A DNA stretch of 64,000 bases from Yuukianura sp. NJ FZ-2021 (Eukaryota). This document shows, piece by piece, positions 22,717 to 36,658 of this stretch; position 1 is the first letter of the stretch, and every line of letters begins with the position of its first letter. The notes below the pieces were generated by a model. That model ran no database searches. It saw only the letters and a list, made by a program, of their open reading frames with translations, and was not told the origin of the DNA. The position numbers were made by a program, and so were the translations under genes. Location: positions 6,820,001 through 6,884,000 of the forward strand of contig CM102284.1 of NCBI GenBank assembly GCA_046563655.1, read 5' to 3'.

Positions 22717-25380
22717 CTAAACATCTTCCGTTGCCGTTGAGCCTCCAGTCGTGTCAAGGTCAAATGAGGTCTCAGACGACTCCAAGTCCATGTCCATCAA
22801 TTGAATTATCCTCTTTGTAGTATCCAGCAGAGCTCCAACTCTCCTTGGTCCACTTAGGGCCATCATCGTTGGATGAAAGTTTGAAATTGGCAGAATTTGA
22901 ACAATATGGTCATGTTCAATTGGTCCAGGAACGGGAACGTCCGTGGGAACAGCGATATTGAGTTCTGTCCATTTGTCTGTTAAACCCACAGCTGATTTTG
23001 GTATCCTCAAGGCTCTGGATGGCAATCCCTGGAAAATATCTTGGATATCGATGTGACACAGCGAAGAGTGTCCAGGAACTTCCAGTGGCTCATACAGTTC
23101 TTCATGCTGTGAATGACCTGGATAACGTCTGATGCTGGATTGAGGAACGTAGCAAAGTATTGAAAAGACTGTGTTGTTTAGGAAATCGGCCAAAAGTACT
23201 TGTTGTGACATTGTCAGCAAAGCAGTCGTGGCGACTGGATTGAAGTCTTGACCAATTCCAAGATTTTCAATTTTGTATAACCAGACGTTCCGGACTTCTT
23301 GGTTGGTCAGGGCCGTTTCTTTATGAAAAACGAACGTAGGAGAATCGTTGCTTCCAATGAGAATTCCATAAGAATCTTGTTCCAAGTTTCCATCTTCGAA
23401 GTAGTTCAGAATGAAGTTCTTTCTGGACACTTCGCTGTCAAGTAGAGGAACTTTCAGGAGGGCTTGAATATGCTGCTCAGCAAGTTGTGTAAAGATCATC
23501 ACCATTCGTTGCAGTTGGGCGTTCGGATTATTCATAATTTCTGGTTTCATTTTGAGTCCTTTTTCTTTCAAGAATTTATGAAGGTGAGGCCATTCAGTAG
23601 ACTTCGAAGGGACTTCGTCGTCTGCAGCACTTCGGGCACTGATTTCGTCAATGTCAATGATGTGCGGTTCGTCATAGAACTTTCTCAGTTGGTCTAGTGT
23701 CATCTTCGGAATGATATTTTTGATACCAGTTGGAATCGTCTTGGCTCCGAGTGCTGGTTCTCCGGGATCGGTAAGCAAGGAATTGGGTACTAAAGTCTTG
23801 GATTTGGCAGCAGTTGAATCTTCAGGATTCAGTTTGAGCATTTCAAAAATGTTTCGAGTTATCTTGAATCGAAGTAGCTCGAATACCCGCTCCGGATCGG
23901 CTTCTTCTTCAGGAAGTTCTGGAGATTCGAGAATACTAAACGAATGGATTGTGTTGACAAGCAGAGTAATGAAATTAAAGAAGCAGTCTAGGAAGGTTTC
24001 AGCAGTGTGCTGGGTATAGACAGCAGCATGGTAAAGTAGTGACATGAGTTCCCTCAAGGTGGCAAGTGTTTTTGTTCCTTCTGATGATTCTGCTGCTTGA
24101 TCTTGAGACTTGGGATTGGTAATCTGAATGTACTTGTGATAGCCAGTGATCTCGGATAATTCACGGAGAAGAAATATTATGTTGCATTTGATGTTCTTGA
24201 GGGCATCGTTGAGCGAAGTCGAGGCTCCTTGCAGAGTATTGATAAACTTTTTGGCTTCTTTCTCCCTTCCACCAGCCCCTAGAAACATTTCAAGTTCGGG
24301 TGACCAAACTCCGGTGACAAGTAGCTCAGCATAGTCAGCCTTGATCTCTTCAGTTATACGTCCGGTACCATAAGACAAGTAGTGCTTGTATACCTCTACT
24401 ATAATTCCCCAGTTTTCATGAACTCCGGCAATTTCCAGTTCGATGGCACTGATGTACTGCTTGTAAGCCAGTGACTTAGCAGCAAAGACTCCGAGTATGT
24501 CTCCATGAGCTGCGTATTCGTAACAGTCGAAATAGTACAGAGAGAGGACGTTTCCGGTTGAAGAATCACATTGGTTACTGGCAATTACTTGAACGGAACT
24601 GAAATCAAGCGGTATTTCGATATCCAGGACGTGACATGGGTAGGGGTTTGTCATTTTCAGAGTCACCGTGTATAAATGACCAGCACCGGAATAAATGTGC
24701 ACTTCGCCATGTTGAGTTCCAACTAACAGTATACTTAGATTCGATTCCAGTCTTTCCGCCTCTGTTGACAGCACCTAATTATAGAAAAAAAAATTTAGAC
24801 AAGAAAGAAACCTTGCAGAGTTTGGTATTGTGATGAACTTGTCTTACATCTTTGATAGAGTATGGATAATTTGTCGATTTCCATTTAACGGCACTGATGT
24901 TAGGCACTTCGTGCTTTGTAATTATCGTTCCAGATTCGACCTCAACGAGTGTCACACAGTCATCTAAAGTTGAATCCCATATGCAATATACACAAATATT
25001 TCATACGATGAACTACCTCTATCTAAATTATGATTGGTTCGCCTCATTGTAACAGTGCTTACCGAATCCAATGGCCAAGTAGAGTCCTTCTGGATGAAAG
25101 GTCAGTGACTTTGGATTCGGTGTTTGCAGTTCGCCGGTTCTTCCAAAGTTATTTGCAAGGGTCCATACTTTCTGCCATGTCAGTCGATGAAGGATCACCT
25201 CCGCTGTTTCATAAATCATAAATGAAAGACATGCTCAATGTACCTTAACGAACAAAGCAATTACTAATTAACGTCATTTAGCTTACGTTTCGTATTGGCT
25301 ATTGCCAGTATATCCATTTTCGGTGACCATTTCATCAGAATGACATCAGTTGTCATATGCCGTGTTTCAAGAAGCTTCAT
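22717..25380 (-). CDS. APC4: Anaphase-promoting complex subunit 4 (divergent)
   Basis: Exons 25287-25380, 25063-25203, 24848-24963 and 22717-24774 splice in frame to 802 aa. N-terminal MKWSPKMDILAIAN..EVILHRLTWQKVW, internal LLVTGVWSPELEMFL and C-terminal MALSGPRRVGALL..IQLMDMD match APC4 motifs. Confidence 0.85.
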
Positions 25381-25599
25381 TTTTAAACGATTCACTTTCT
25401 TCCCCCTCAGCCGTCAAAATCCTTTGAACTATCGACAACAGTCACTACAGCACTAACTTAACACAACTATAACACTCCGTTAATCGTTGATTAATCAAGT
25501 TAATTAACAAATGACAAACAATTAATCAAAAGACTGGTGTAAAAAAGTGAAAGAGAAGCAAAGTTACCTTAGTTTGAATTTTTGTTTACACTTTTCAAA

Positions 25600-25819
25600 T
25601 TCAAACTCTTTTTCCCGCCACAAAGTTCATGACGTCATAAAGTCGGAGTGAGTGACGTAAGAAAAAATTTGAGAAAAGGCGAGAACCTTTTTGCTCCGCA
25701 TAATCTCCGCATAGCATCCGGCCAAAATCGAGGGTCCACTTTTTGGATAGCAGTCTGCACGACACGCAAAAATCAACACAAATCACACTGTGACTTTTTA
25801 GCAACCGACACTCACTGTT
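25600..25819. repeat. Dispersed non-coding repeat, copy 3, about 220 bp upstream of the APC4 start
   Basis: Aligns to 600-792, with TGACGTCA at 25630 and TGACGTAA at 25653. Confidence 0.8.
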
Positions 25820-28800
25820 AACCTACGCTTGACTGAATTAATAGTAAACGGCGTTGCACTTACATATTAATAATCAACATTTTAAATTCACATTACTATA
25901 CATTAATCACACTCACTCTTCTCTTAATTTATAAAAATTAATTAATTAACTTTTTCCATCTCCTCTCTTTCTCCTCAAATCTCTCCGAATTTTGGAGTCC
26001 GACATAAACGTTAACTTTCACTTTCAGTTTTAACATGAATTTTACACATTTTGATTGCAATTCGACAGCTCAGTACTGCAAATACTAAGATTTGAAAATG
26101 GAGTTACTGAAATAGGCCCGTCTAAGTGCGCCTCATCGGTGCGGGCTAAGCCTCGGCGTAGTCCCCTCCTGAAAAACATACATACATAAGATTTGAAAAG
26201 CAGATTTGCAAATTTTCTCACTAACTAGAAAAGAATCTAAATTGAAAATGTATTTTCCTGGTTGTTCATTTGTTTCCGCAGTGAATCATAGTAGCAGCTA
26301 GCTGGTTCAAATCGGTACTGAATAATCGCTTTGTTAACACTTTCTTCAACAATGAGCCATTGTTATACGTACTAACAAATGATTTCCAAGAAGTTCAAGG
26401 CTTCAGACACACTAAAATCTATTTTTGGTAAAACCAAAATCCCCGTACAGTGCGTCATCCATCCTATTTCTGAACCAGTCACTCCATTGAACCGTGGAAT
26501 TCCACGACTCAGTAGAATCTGTAAACAAAAGTGTCATCTTGCAAAAGCATGCAAATTCCAATCGTGCCAAAAGAGTTAATCGAGTTACGCATCAGTCAAG
26601 TTTGTACGACGGAATCTTCAATTTAGCATCACTTAATCATCGCAATTAAGCATAAATTGTCGGAGTCGCAGTCATCGATCATTCATCTTTGTTACTTATT
26701 CATGTTTTTCATGTCTGCCATAACTTTTGACACATCGACCTAAACTGTATGTCTGATGACCTTTTCGGCAAAGTCCGTTGTGCAAATTCTTTTTTGCACA
26801 AGAGATGAGTAGTGTTCATCCCTATTTCTTGGAAGGCTTAATATGACTTATGGGCGCCTTTTCTTTCTTGTCCGAAGTACAAGAAATTTGCAAATTATGA
26901 ATTCGCAACACTCATCTCCAGATCACTTCCTTGCCATCTGAGTACAACAATACCAAGTAAATCAAGTTTAGCTTCCTTATCATCCGTGCAAATCTGCACG
27001 ACCTACGCCAATTCAAGCAAAAATGAATGTTTTGAGGTCAATTGATTTCGAGAATCAACTGTAAAGATCAAACAATAAAAAAAAGTGCTCGTCTGTCACG
27101 AATTTGCAAAATCTGCGTAGATTACACGACCTACTGTAATCTGTACCTCGAAATCAAAATTTGCAAAGACAAAAGGACCTCAATAGCTCAATTCCAAGTA
27201 AAAGCAAAGTCTGTCAGGGCTAACTACACTTAGCTTTCAAGTGGTAAGTAACTATGAGTACTTAACTTGTTTTGACTGTTACAATAGTACAGCGTCGCAC
27301 CCCTCTTTTTCTATTTGCGAAAAAAATTGGCAACTGTTGCATAAAAAATTGGCACAAGTCAAAATCCGTCACTTGACGTTTGTTTATGTTTACAATAAAA
27401 AAGTATTTTCGACAAGTCTGTTGTGGGTGTAAAAAAAAAAGTCAAATTCTTCGATTTCAGTTTTGCGTCAAATTCTAAAAATTCGACACCAGAAAAAAAA
27501 AGTTTGGCTAAAATAAAGTTTTTGACACTTTCTCTGGAATTCGGTTATTTCGGGAATGATAGAAACGAATAACGTCAGAATCAATTCTAAACCACCGACA
27601 ATTGATCTAAGTTTTAACTTAATTGACCAAATTAGTGTATGATGTAACGGTTTTTTTTTCTTGCAAAATGTTTAGCTAGTGCTAACAAGAATTTAGAGGT
27701 TAAACTAAACAGGGTCAACACAACAGCTTCTCTAGGAATTTTTTGAATTGAATTTTTCATGCTAAAGGCTTGAATTGCTTTTGTGTTTGTGATTAAAACG
27801 TGTTTCAGCTTTAGTTCGTTGTAAATTTCATGTTCTGCGTCACTTTTTAATCAAAAGAGAACGGGGTTAGTTAGAACCTGAAATTTTCGCAAAGTTTCAC
27901 ATGCGCTTGCATGCGACAGAACGATTATTTTGCAACCGTTGCAACTTTTTCGCAAAAAAGAAAAAGCCAGACTGCTGTCCACTTCCGTTGAAAAAATCAG
28001 TAGCGGAAATCCTCCTGTTTGCAAATTCTTTAACAATAGACATTGTCTAAAAACGTAATTTGCCAATTTTAGCTTGACATTCTTCCGTTGTTTACTTAAC
28101 AAATCAATGTCACCGCCTACCAAATTTAGCCAAGTTAAACAAATGGGACACTTTCAGTCAAAAATTTCATTCCCACATGACCTCACTTCCGAAATCACAA
28201 ATTCGCAGAAACAGGATGACAATTTTGGAATCTCTTAGCTTTTGTCACTTTTGGCAAATTGTGAATGGGTCCTCTCCACTTCAAAATTTTGGGGTTTTTG
28301 TGGGCGTTTTACGTTGAATTTGGCTTAAGTGCTAAGCGTATCATCACTTGAAGCAATTAGTATAGCTTTACCTTACGTTTTAAGCTTAACCATAACTTGA
28401 CTTGTGTACGTCACCAACCAGTAAGTGGTTGCTCTTAAGTATAAGAGTCATGAGACAGGTAGGTTCTATTCACACAATAAGCAGCAGTGCAGCCACACGC
28501 AAAATACTGCTGTGGGACAACAGAATTTTTGCACAAAAAGAAAATTGCAACCCTTTAAATTAGATTTTTGTACTTTGGAAGTATTGTTCAAGTTGGAATT
28601 GCAAAAAGCTCATTCGTGCAAATTTTTAAATTGCAAAACTTTCATTTCCATTGTTCTCCTGACGCTTGCAATTGTGAAATTGGAGCTTTCGAATTCGTCA
28701 TTTTAAAAATTTCTAGCTGAGTTTGCAACTGCAAATTTTGCAAATTCAAAATCTAATCTGAATCTAAACTAAACAAAACTGAATCTAAACACTACTCAAC

Positions 28801-30052
28801 CAGTGTCATTTCAAACTTCCAGTTAAGTTTTAGACGCCTAAAGTGAAAGTGACTAAACTCTGATCTCCGACGACTGTAAATAAATGTAAGTTAACGAAAA
28901 CTTTTTAGTTAATTGTCAATTTACTAAACTTAACTTTTCTTTAGACTCAAGTTGGCTAGATCTGGTTTTAAAATTTAGAGATTTTGAGAACTGTGGGAGT
29001 TTAACTGTTAGAACCATGTCAAGTCCATGTTGAGGACAAGAGTCTATTGACACTGTGACACCAGGACCATCAGTCATGTCAACTGACGAATGTGTTGATT
29101 CCTGTTACATGATGGATGGACATTTCAAAAGTTCATTTTGTTTGTGTTGTTTTTTCAAAAATGTTGTTTGCTCTCTTTTTTGGTCCAGAAGTTAACGTGT
29201 TTTGGATGGACCAGAGTAAAAGTTATCTTTATGTCTTAGAATCTTCTTCGTTTCAATGAAAACTGTTTCCAGACAGCTTGGCACCACAGTAACATACTGG
29301 TGGTGTATCCCAAGTTCTGGAAGGCAGAGGTCATAAGGGCAACTGGGCCCAGATCTGTATGCGCATACCCCACGCCTCAAATTTTACTTACTAAAGTTTG
29401 TGTGGAAATTTTTGTGGAGATTCAAAATGTTGTTAAAAACTAAGCTTTCTAAATACAATTCGAATCTTCTGAAAGAGGAGCTCGAGCTGAGCTGGAAGTG
29501 AAGTCATCTCCAGAGCTTTTTTTTCTTGGAAGTGCTGGGGGTGTGAAAAATTAATTAATTTTTCGTGTTACCCGCTTTTGACTTTGAACCATAAAATTAG
29601 ACCAATTGTAAGTCGGAGCACGGCGGTTACTTATTCATTTGCTCCATAAAGTAATTAAAGTCCATCTCACACAAAAGGGAAAGTACAATAAAAAGTTACG
29701 ACAAGCACAAAACTGAATTCATTTGTTCACTTGAGCAATAATAGTGTAATTGTCCCAGTTGAAAAAAATAGAGTTGTGTTTAAAATTTTAAAATCTAGTT
29801 TGGAAACGGTTTTGGAAATACATTTTGAAAACTAAAATTAGCTTCCCTAATCCAATCTCATTTGAAAGTTTAAGTACGTTGAAGTGTGAAGAAACCTTCA
29901 CTCTTTAAATTAACATAACAGAGTTAGGTATTTCTGCATTTTGTAATTCGAGGAAGAAAAAGTTGTGCTAATTTTCGTTTTAGACAAACTTTTCGGATAA
30001 AAGCGGAGTGTTTTGGTTGTAAACCGGAATTTTGTTGTTGTTATTCCAGAAG

Positions 30053-32389
30053 ATGAATTCTAAAATGAGCGTTGGAAATGGAGCAGCAGTTTCAACGGAG
30101 CGAGTACGGAGGTCGGGTACTTTTTCTGTTGCGGTGACCTTACTGTTGCTGGGGGTCATTTGTCTGGGGTCAGCGGAAGCGTTTGTGGCTGGAAGTCGAC
30201 CACTGAGCAAACGCTCGTTCTTTGACATTCAGTGTAAAGGGGTCTATGACAAAGGGATCTTCGCTAGACTGGACAGAATTTGTGATGACTGCTACAATCT
30301 GTACAGGGAACCACAACTCCACTCACTCTGCAGGTAAAATCACTTTTACTTTCACTTTTCACAAAAAAAATTTTTTTGAAAATAATCCATTGGGTCCATT
30401 CCAAAATTTTCTTGAAAATTTCGGTTAGGAATTCAATTCTAATGAAAGTTGTCTGTTCACCGTGACTATGCGGTTGATTCTGAAAAAGTCTGCATTTATT
30501 TTCCTTTTTTATGATTTCTTTGGTAAAATGAAAAAACGGGTTTTAAATTTTTAAAGTTTCGAAAAATTTCAATTGAGAAAACTCTCTCATTTTGAAAAAG
30601 TTCTAAACTTGTCAGTTTACAACTTGACTTCTTAGTTTTTTTTCTTCCTTTTTCGTCTTTTTGACAAGTTAGGTAACTTTTTCTGTAAAAAGCTTAATTT
30701 TTTTTTTCATAACATTACATCACAAGTTGAGAATTTTGCAGAAAATGAACTTTGGACAAACTAATCACACGTCATGATCAAGTTCCAAAAAACCGGATTA
30801 CGAATTTTTCTTAAGTTGAGTCTCTTGATTTTAGTAATTTGGCAATCACGATTAGCGTTAATCAGCAACCCCCTTATTTATTGTCTTGTTTTTGTTTTAT
30901 ACCAATATTTTGCGTCGTATCAAGATTTAAGTAGTGGGACATGTCACGCGTGTCTTGAAAATTAAGTAGAAAACAGGAATTAGACCTGTACCTCTTTCCT
31001 CTCTACCCCTGTTATTATTATTTCAAATTCAGTTTTTATATTTTAATTTACGTTTTTTGTCAAAATGGAAATTGCATGCCTTTTTGTTTTCTTTTTTTCT
31101 GGGTACAGTGAAAACTGTTTTTCGACGGATACGTTCGTGGGGTGTTTGGATTCGTTACAAATGGCTGATCAGTGGGATCAGTATCGAAAACTGATCAGTA
31201 CGCTACATGCAGATACGAGCAATTCTATTCTGGATTCCAAATGAGTAGCACTTCTAAAAGCAATTAGTCAAGTACACGTACATAGGACTCCGTCTCCAGC
31301 AACTAGAATACTTCTCAGCACCAAGTATTTAACACTCCCACACAAAAACTAACCTATTTTCCCGATCCTGACCTTCACCAAACTTTCCTGGCCGGATTCT
31401 GACCTTCCTGACTGGATTTTGACCTTCACCAAACTTTCCTGATCCGATTTTGACCTTTACCAAACCTTCCTGATCCGATTTTGACCTTTACCAAACCTTC
31501 CTGATCCGATTTTGACCTTTACCAAACTTTCCTGACCAGATTCTGACCCGAACCAAACCAAACTTCAGACCATTTTCCATCCATCTACGAATACCACCAA
31601 CACAAGCTTCTACCTCACAACAGGACAATTGCCAATTTCAAGTTGCAGAAGATTTATTCGCAAATTCCGACACGAAGAAGAATTTTAGCACTCGAATTTA
31701 GCACAGCCCTAAACTGTAGCAACTGTACTAGTCTCCGCTCCGAATTTGGATCTCTTTTCAGACACACTAGGTAAACACGTCATTCCATCCACGCAAAACG
31801 GAACTAACCACGCTTATAACACTGAGTTGATAACAAATCTCAGCATCACCTCAATTAACACCTTTAGCTAACATTAATTACACCTCTCAGCTTGCTAAAA
31901 ACTAACATTATACTCTTTAACATGAAGCCGACAGGGCTCTCCTGGCTTTACTTCCAAGAAATACCTGTAGAGTTATGCAAATTTTGCACTTTGCAAAATA
32001 TTTTAGCAACAAAAGTTGGCAAATGACTCCAACTTGTTTTTAGTTCAGCAAATTGCAATCAAATCTCACTTGGGCTTGGGTTTAAGGTAGTACTTGCCAA
32101 TTCTCCACAAAATTTGCAAATGCAAGAAGGTTGACACAAGACTTCAACTTTTTAGCGGAAGCTTGCATTCATACTAACCAAGCTAACAAGTTTCTCTAGT
32201 GCAATTTTGAAATCAAAACTGAAAAGTATAAAAAAAATGTCAAATTCTAAAATTTTCGAATTCTTTGAAAATTTCAGATCAAATTGCTTTGGATCTCAGT
32301 ACTTCAAGGGGTGTTTGGACGCTCTGCTTCTAAATGAAGATGAGGCCAAGTATGAAGAAATGATTGAAATTCTAGGAAAGAAGAAGTAA
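30053..32389 (+). CDS. ITP: Ion transport peptide precursor (CHH family), short amidated ITP isoform
   Basis: Exon 30053-30333 encodes signal peptide, precursor-related peptide, KR site and SFFDIQCKGVYDKGIFARLDRICDDCYNLYREPQLHSLC. Exon 32278-32389 adds RSNCFGSQYFKGCLDALLLNEDEAKYEEMIEIL-GKKK. This gives a 72-aa mature peptide with 6 Cys and an amidation signal. A tiny upstream coding exon (ATGAGACAG|GT, 28450-28458) would be in frame but is unproven. Confidence 0.96.
31109..31244 (+). CDS. ITP: Alternative exon of the ITP gene giving the non-amidated ITP-like (ITPL) isoform
   Basis: Polypyrimidine tract plus AG at 31107-31108. A phase-2 join gives SENCFSTDTFVGCLDSLQMADQWDQYRKLISTLHADTSNSILDSK*, with the same C-x8-C spacing as the ITP exon and no amidation signal. 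Confidence 0.9.
31358..31560. repeat. 31-bp minisatellite, about 5-6 copies
   Basis: Unit GATTTTGACCTTTACCAAACCTTCCTGATCC; GATCC recurs at 31441, 31472 and 31503. Flanking copies are degenerate. Confidence 0.9.
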
Positions 32390-34106
32390 AATCCAAGCAA
32401 CAATTCCAAACTGAAGTTGAATTTTCTTTTGAACTTCCATACAACCCAACCTATTATCATCATCTCCTGAATTACTCTATTTAATTACTAATTAACTTTA
32501 GGTTTTGTTAATTATTTTGCCTAAAAAGTTGATACAACGCGGCATTCTTTACTTAAAATCAACCACTTCAACATCAACTTACTTCCCTTTGTTGCCAAAA
32601 ACAGCGACAGCAGAGGGGGCGTGGTTGACGCAAATTCAAAACACTTTCTCTTTTGTACTTTTAAGTTTTTGACACTCCGGAGGTGTGAAATGTGTCACCC
32701 ACGGTGGTTTCAAGTTTACCCGAAAGCGTCATTGTGCAAATGATGCCTTTACAAAGAAAATATCAGTATTAATTAATTTTTAATGATTTTGACACCTCCT
32801 AACATGGTTGTCTCTCTTTTTTGTACATAGAGCTTTACTTATTCTGAGTTTTACGAGCGAGTTGCCTCATTTCCTGTCTTTTTTATTTTGGATAAGTCTC
32901 AAGGTCTAGTTTGAACATTATGGTTTTTAGTTATTAAATTTTAGACCTTCAGTTGGCCTTCACATCCTCCCCTCCTTTATGTCAACTTCCTCATAGCAGA
33001 AATTGACACGCACGAAACGTACCTCTCTCTTGTATAGCAAAAAAGATTCACTTTAGATTCTAGAAATTAAAATCTAAATCACAATCGGTCTAAAAACACA
33101 ATTGGCACAGTCTGTATTGTGCCAATTTAATTATTTAATTAGCAATTAACTTATTAGATCCTGGATGTTGATCTTCTACAACCACGAAAGTTCCTAAAAT
33201 GAAAAAAAAATGTAAGCTCTCCTCCGGTGTTACCAGAAACTGAAACGGAAGAGTGCTGCTGGTGGCTCGGTTTTAGGAATTTTATGTTTGTGTTATTATT
33301 TTTAGTCAAAATTTTGATTTTTAATAGAATTTTATTCTGAAAAAATAAAATTATGTTTTGAAGCAACGGAAATTCTGGTGTTTTGAATTCCGAAATTTTG
33401 ATTTTTTTTAAACTTTCATAAAACCTTGACGAAGATACATAACGTCTCATATGTTGCAAAAATTGTACAGAAAATGAAAATTTTTTAAGGCTGTGAAACT
33501 TTATCATGTTTTTTGCGTTTTTAAAATTTTGAATCATTTCTAAGAATCTGAAAAACTCAAGTGGAGTTTCCTTGCAATTTGTTAATTAAATACCTAACTC
33601 ACTGTGGACTTTGTATTTTTAAGTAAACATATAATGAGAGTGCAGAAATTTGCAAAAACGGATTGCAAAATTTGGCAAGTTCCCATTGACGTCAACCTGC
33701 ACTTTGAGCACATCCTGGAGAATTTTTGCAAGGTCACGTGCTACATCCTATGTTTGATTTCTCGTGCTTAAAACCAGTTTCATAGTTCAAAATTCATAAA
33801 AAATTGGCTAATGGGCTCACATAAATTTTCCAAAATGATTCAGCACTAAAAACGTCAAACATAAAATAAACTGTAAAGAAAAGATTCAGCATCATGTGTG
33901 GGTTACTCGCAATGTCACCCAAGGTTGCCATGACAACGTGCCAAAAATGAAATGTTTTGTTTTACAGAATCTGAAAATGAAAAAACTTCAACGCTGTGCT
34001 GCGCTGACTTGAATTTTTTCACTTTTCGGGTTTTTGAAGCACGGAGGTCATCAGAGGTCCATGACCAGCTACGTTGATTAACGTTTTGATTAATTGACAC
34101 TTCAAA

Positions 34107-36100
34107 ATGAAGGTGGCATTTGGTTTGATTTTGTGTTTGGTCGTGCTTGGAGTGTGTTCTGGACGTGAGCCGGTGACCCCTGACCCGGGATGGGTCGAAG
34201 AAGCATTGCGTCGGCACAACGAGTTCCGCCGCGGGTTCAATGCCCCACCACTGAAGCTAAGCGAAAAGGTGTGAAAATATTTCAAAGATTTAGTTAATGA
34301 ATTATTTATTTATCAATTAATACTTATTTTGTTGTTCCTTAGCTCTGCAACTCGTCTTTGCAGTTTGCTCGTGAATTGGCTGACAAGGCAGATCGCAGTG
34401 ATTTGGAGCACAGTTTGTGGGCAGAGCAAATGGGATTTGGAGAAAACATTTACCGAGCCAAGGGAAGGGACGTGGAGATCTACGGGTCAACTCCCGTTGA
34501 CAGGTCAGCGAGATTTTCAAAATTTTGAAAATGCTACGAATTTTTCGAAATTGTCGAATTTTGAATTTCAGATGGTACGATGAAATCGAGAATTACTTGA
34601 AAAGAAAGGACAAGGACAATGAACTGGACGAAGACGAATTTGACGACGCTGCAATTGGTATGGAATGAGAAATTTTTTGAAATGTATAAAATGGGAAATT
34701 TTGAAAAGTGAAAGTTCATTTTTGAAATAATTTTCCACACAGGTTCTTTTACTCAAATTGTCTGGAAGGAAACTGCGGAGATGTGCGTTTCATATGCTGC
34801 GACTGAGGCTGATGATGACGGCAAAGGAACGCTTTACATTGTGGCTCATTATTTGTAAAAACCGAATTCAAAAAAAAAAATTCTTGCTTAGGTTTTTGAA
34901 AATTTTGAAAATTTTGGTTTTAATTTTAAATTCTTCGTTTGAAATTTTTAGGCCTCGAGGAAATACGCATCAGGAGGAAGAGAATGTGATGCCGAATTTG
35001 ACCAGCCCGTAAGTTGCTTGGATTGAAATTCAACGCGAAAGGTCAAATCAAGGTCAAAGGTCAAACTGAGGTCAAAGGTCAACAATTTTTTTTTTCTCAC
35101 AAGGTATTTCTACAAGGACAGTGAAACTGCTCCGCAGCATCGTCACTTGAGTGATCCAATTGGAAGTGATGGACAATTGATTCCAAGTGAACCGGAACAT
35201 CCAGAGCGAAGCTGCTGGAAGGAAAACGACTGGCAAAATTCTGAAAAAGTGAGTTTCAGAATTTTAAAACATCAAACATTTTTTAAAACTAAAACATTTG
35301 AAATTGATACAGAATGCAAAGGAGGTGACAACGCCAAGCGAATTTATCGAAGAAGCACTCAATGTCACAAATAAACTTCGTCACCACCACCGCGTCCACC
35401 GACTTCCAATGATCTATGAGGAATGCACAGTAAATTTCTCCAAATGTAAAATTTTCAAAATTTTACAAAGTTTTCAGAATTTTTGAATTTTTCAGCTTTG
35501 CAAAAGCGCTCAAGGATGGGCTAACGCTTTGGCTTCAAATGGAACTCCGGATTGGACGGATGGGAAAAACAGTGCTTGTGGAGTCATGATTTTCAAGTCA
35601 AAGGAATTTGTCAGTGCACATCAAGTGATCTGGAATTGGTACAATGAAGGTCACAATTACGAATTCGATCATCATCGCACAAGCACCGGAGAGAGTCCAG
35701 GTACAGGTCAAAGGTCAACAGTTACAATTTTTCAAAATTTCAAATTCAAAATTTTGATTTTCTTTTGAATTTAGCAAACTTTGTTCGCCTGATCTGGAAA
35801 GGTGAGTTCTGCCCGAATTCAACTGCAACTGCTACAAAATTGTTCAAATTTAGAAAATTTTGAAAATTTGTGGTGTAAAATTTTTCAGGAACTGAGCAAC
35901 TCTGTGTCGCTTTTGCAAAGAAAGAAAGCACGAACGAATTCATCTACGTCGGCGTCATTTTTCAAAATCCGAAACCGAATTACGACGATCTTGGAGCTCG
36001 GAAGGAAAACGTGTTCAGCGCAGCAGCGATCGGAGCTTTGGCGAATCTGCTCATCTTTGTCCTTGGAACGCTCGTTTCAAGCGGCAATCACTTTTTCTAA
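34107..36100 (+). CDS. Secreted/GPI-type protein with two CAP (SCP/PR-1) domains, 10 exons
   Basis: Signal MKVAFGLILCLVVLGVCSG. Domain 1: ALRRHNEFRRGFNAPPL..GENIY..WYDEI..GSFTQIVWK..YIVAHYLPRGN. Domain 2: ALNVTNKLRHHH..LCKSAQGWA..WYNEG..NFVRLIWKGT. Hydrophobic tail AAAIGALANLLIFVLGTLV, stop at 36098-36100. Confidence 0.85.
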
Positions 36101-36658
36101 AACTCAAAGTTCAGAAACAAGCAAGCTCAAATGGAAAATAGGTCAAAGGTCAACACTACTTCGCCTATTTTCCTACAATTCAAAATTTTCCTCTCAATTT
36201 TATACATTTTTGTTTACTCTCATAAAATCATATATTCGTAACCTCAATTTCTCCGTTCGGTTGTGCATATTTTCTGGAACAACCTTGTTCAACCCGTGCA
36301 GTAAACCGCATCAGTAATTATTACCGTTGGATTACTAATTGAGTTTGTAGCCACAAATGGCGATTTGAGCTAAGTTGTTGTCATTTCCTTCAGAAATTTC
36401 CGCCTCTAAACAACACTGAACATTGGACCTACTTCTGGAAAACAGAAATTTGGGACAGACATTCCAAAATTTCCCACCACAGTATCAGTGTATCCTTGGA
36501 TTCCGTTAGGCGGAACCGCAGAAGCTAAGATTGGAAAAGTCGGCTGTTACAGCGCAATTAAAACCAATTAACTAATTCCTAAGGGCTTTGATTACAATGC
36601 GAGTCCACCAGTTGCTAGGCACAAATCCTACACAAATCACTCTAAAAAAGGAGTGGAA

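Noticed and set aside
26753-26775. CTGATGA plus a short stem resembling a hammerhead ribozyme core
   Set aside because: Followed by CAAA rather than GAAA, and stems I and III cannot be built.
26379-27233. Short ORFs sharing RLSRICK
   Set aside because: Similarity is limited to a few codons with no extended alignment or domain, so at most a decayed repeat.
31358-31560. Possible CRISPR-like array
   Set aside because: Head-to-tail repeats with no unique spacers in a eukaryotic intron; it is a minisatellite.
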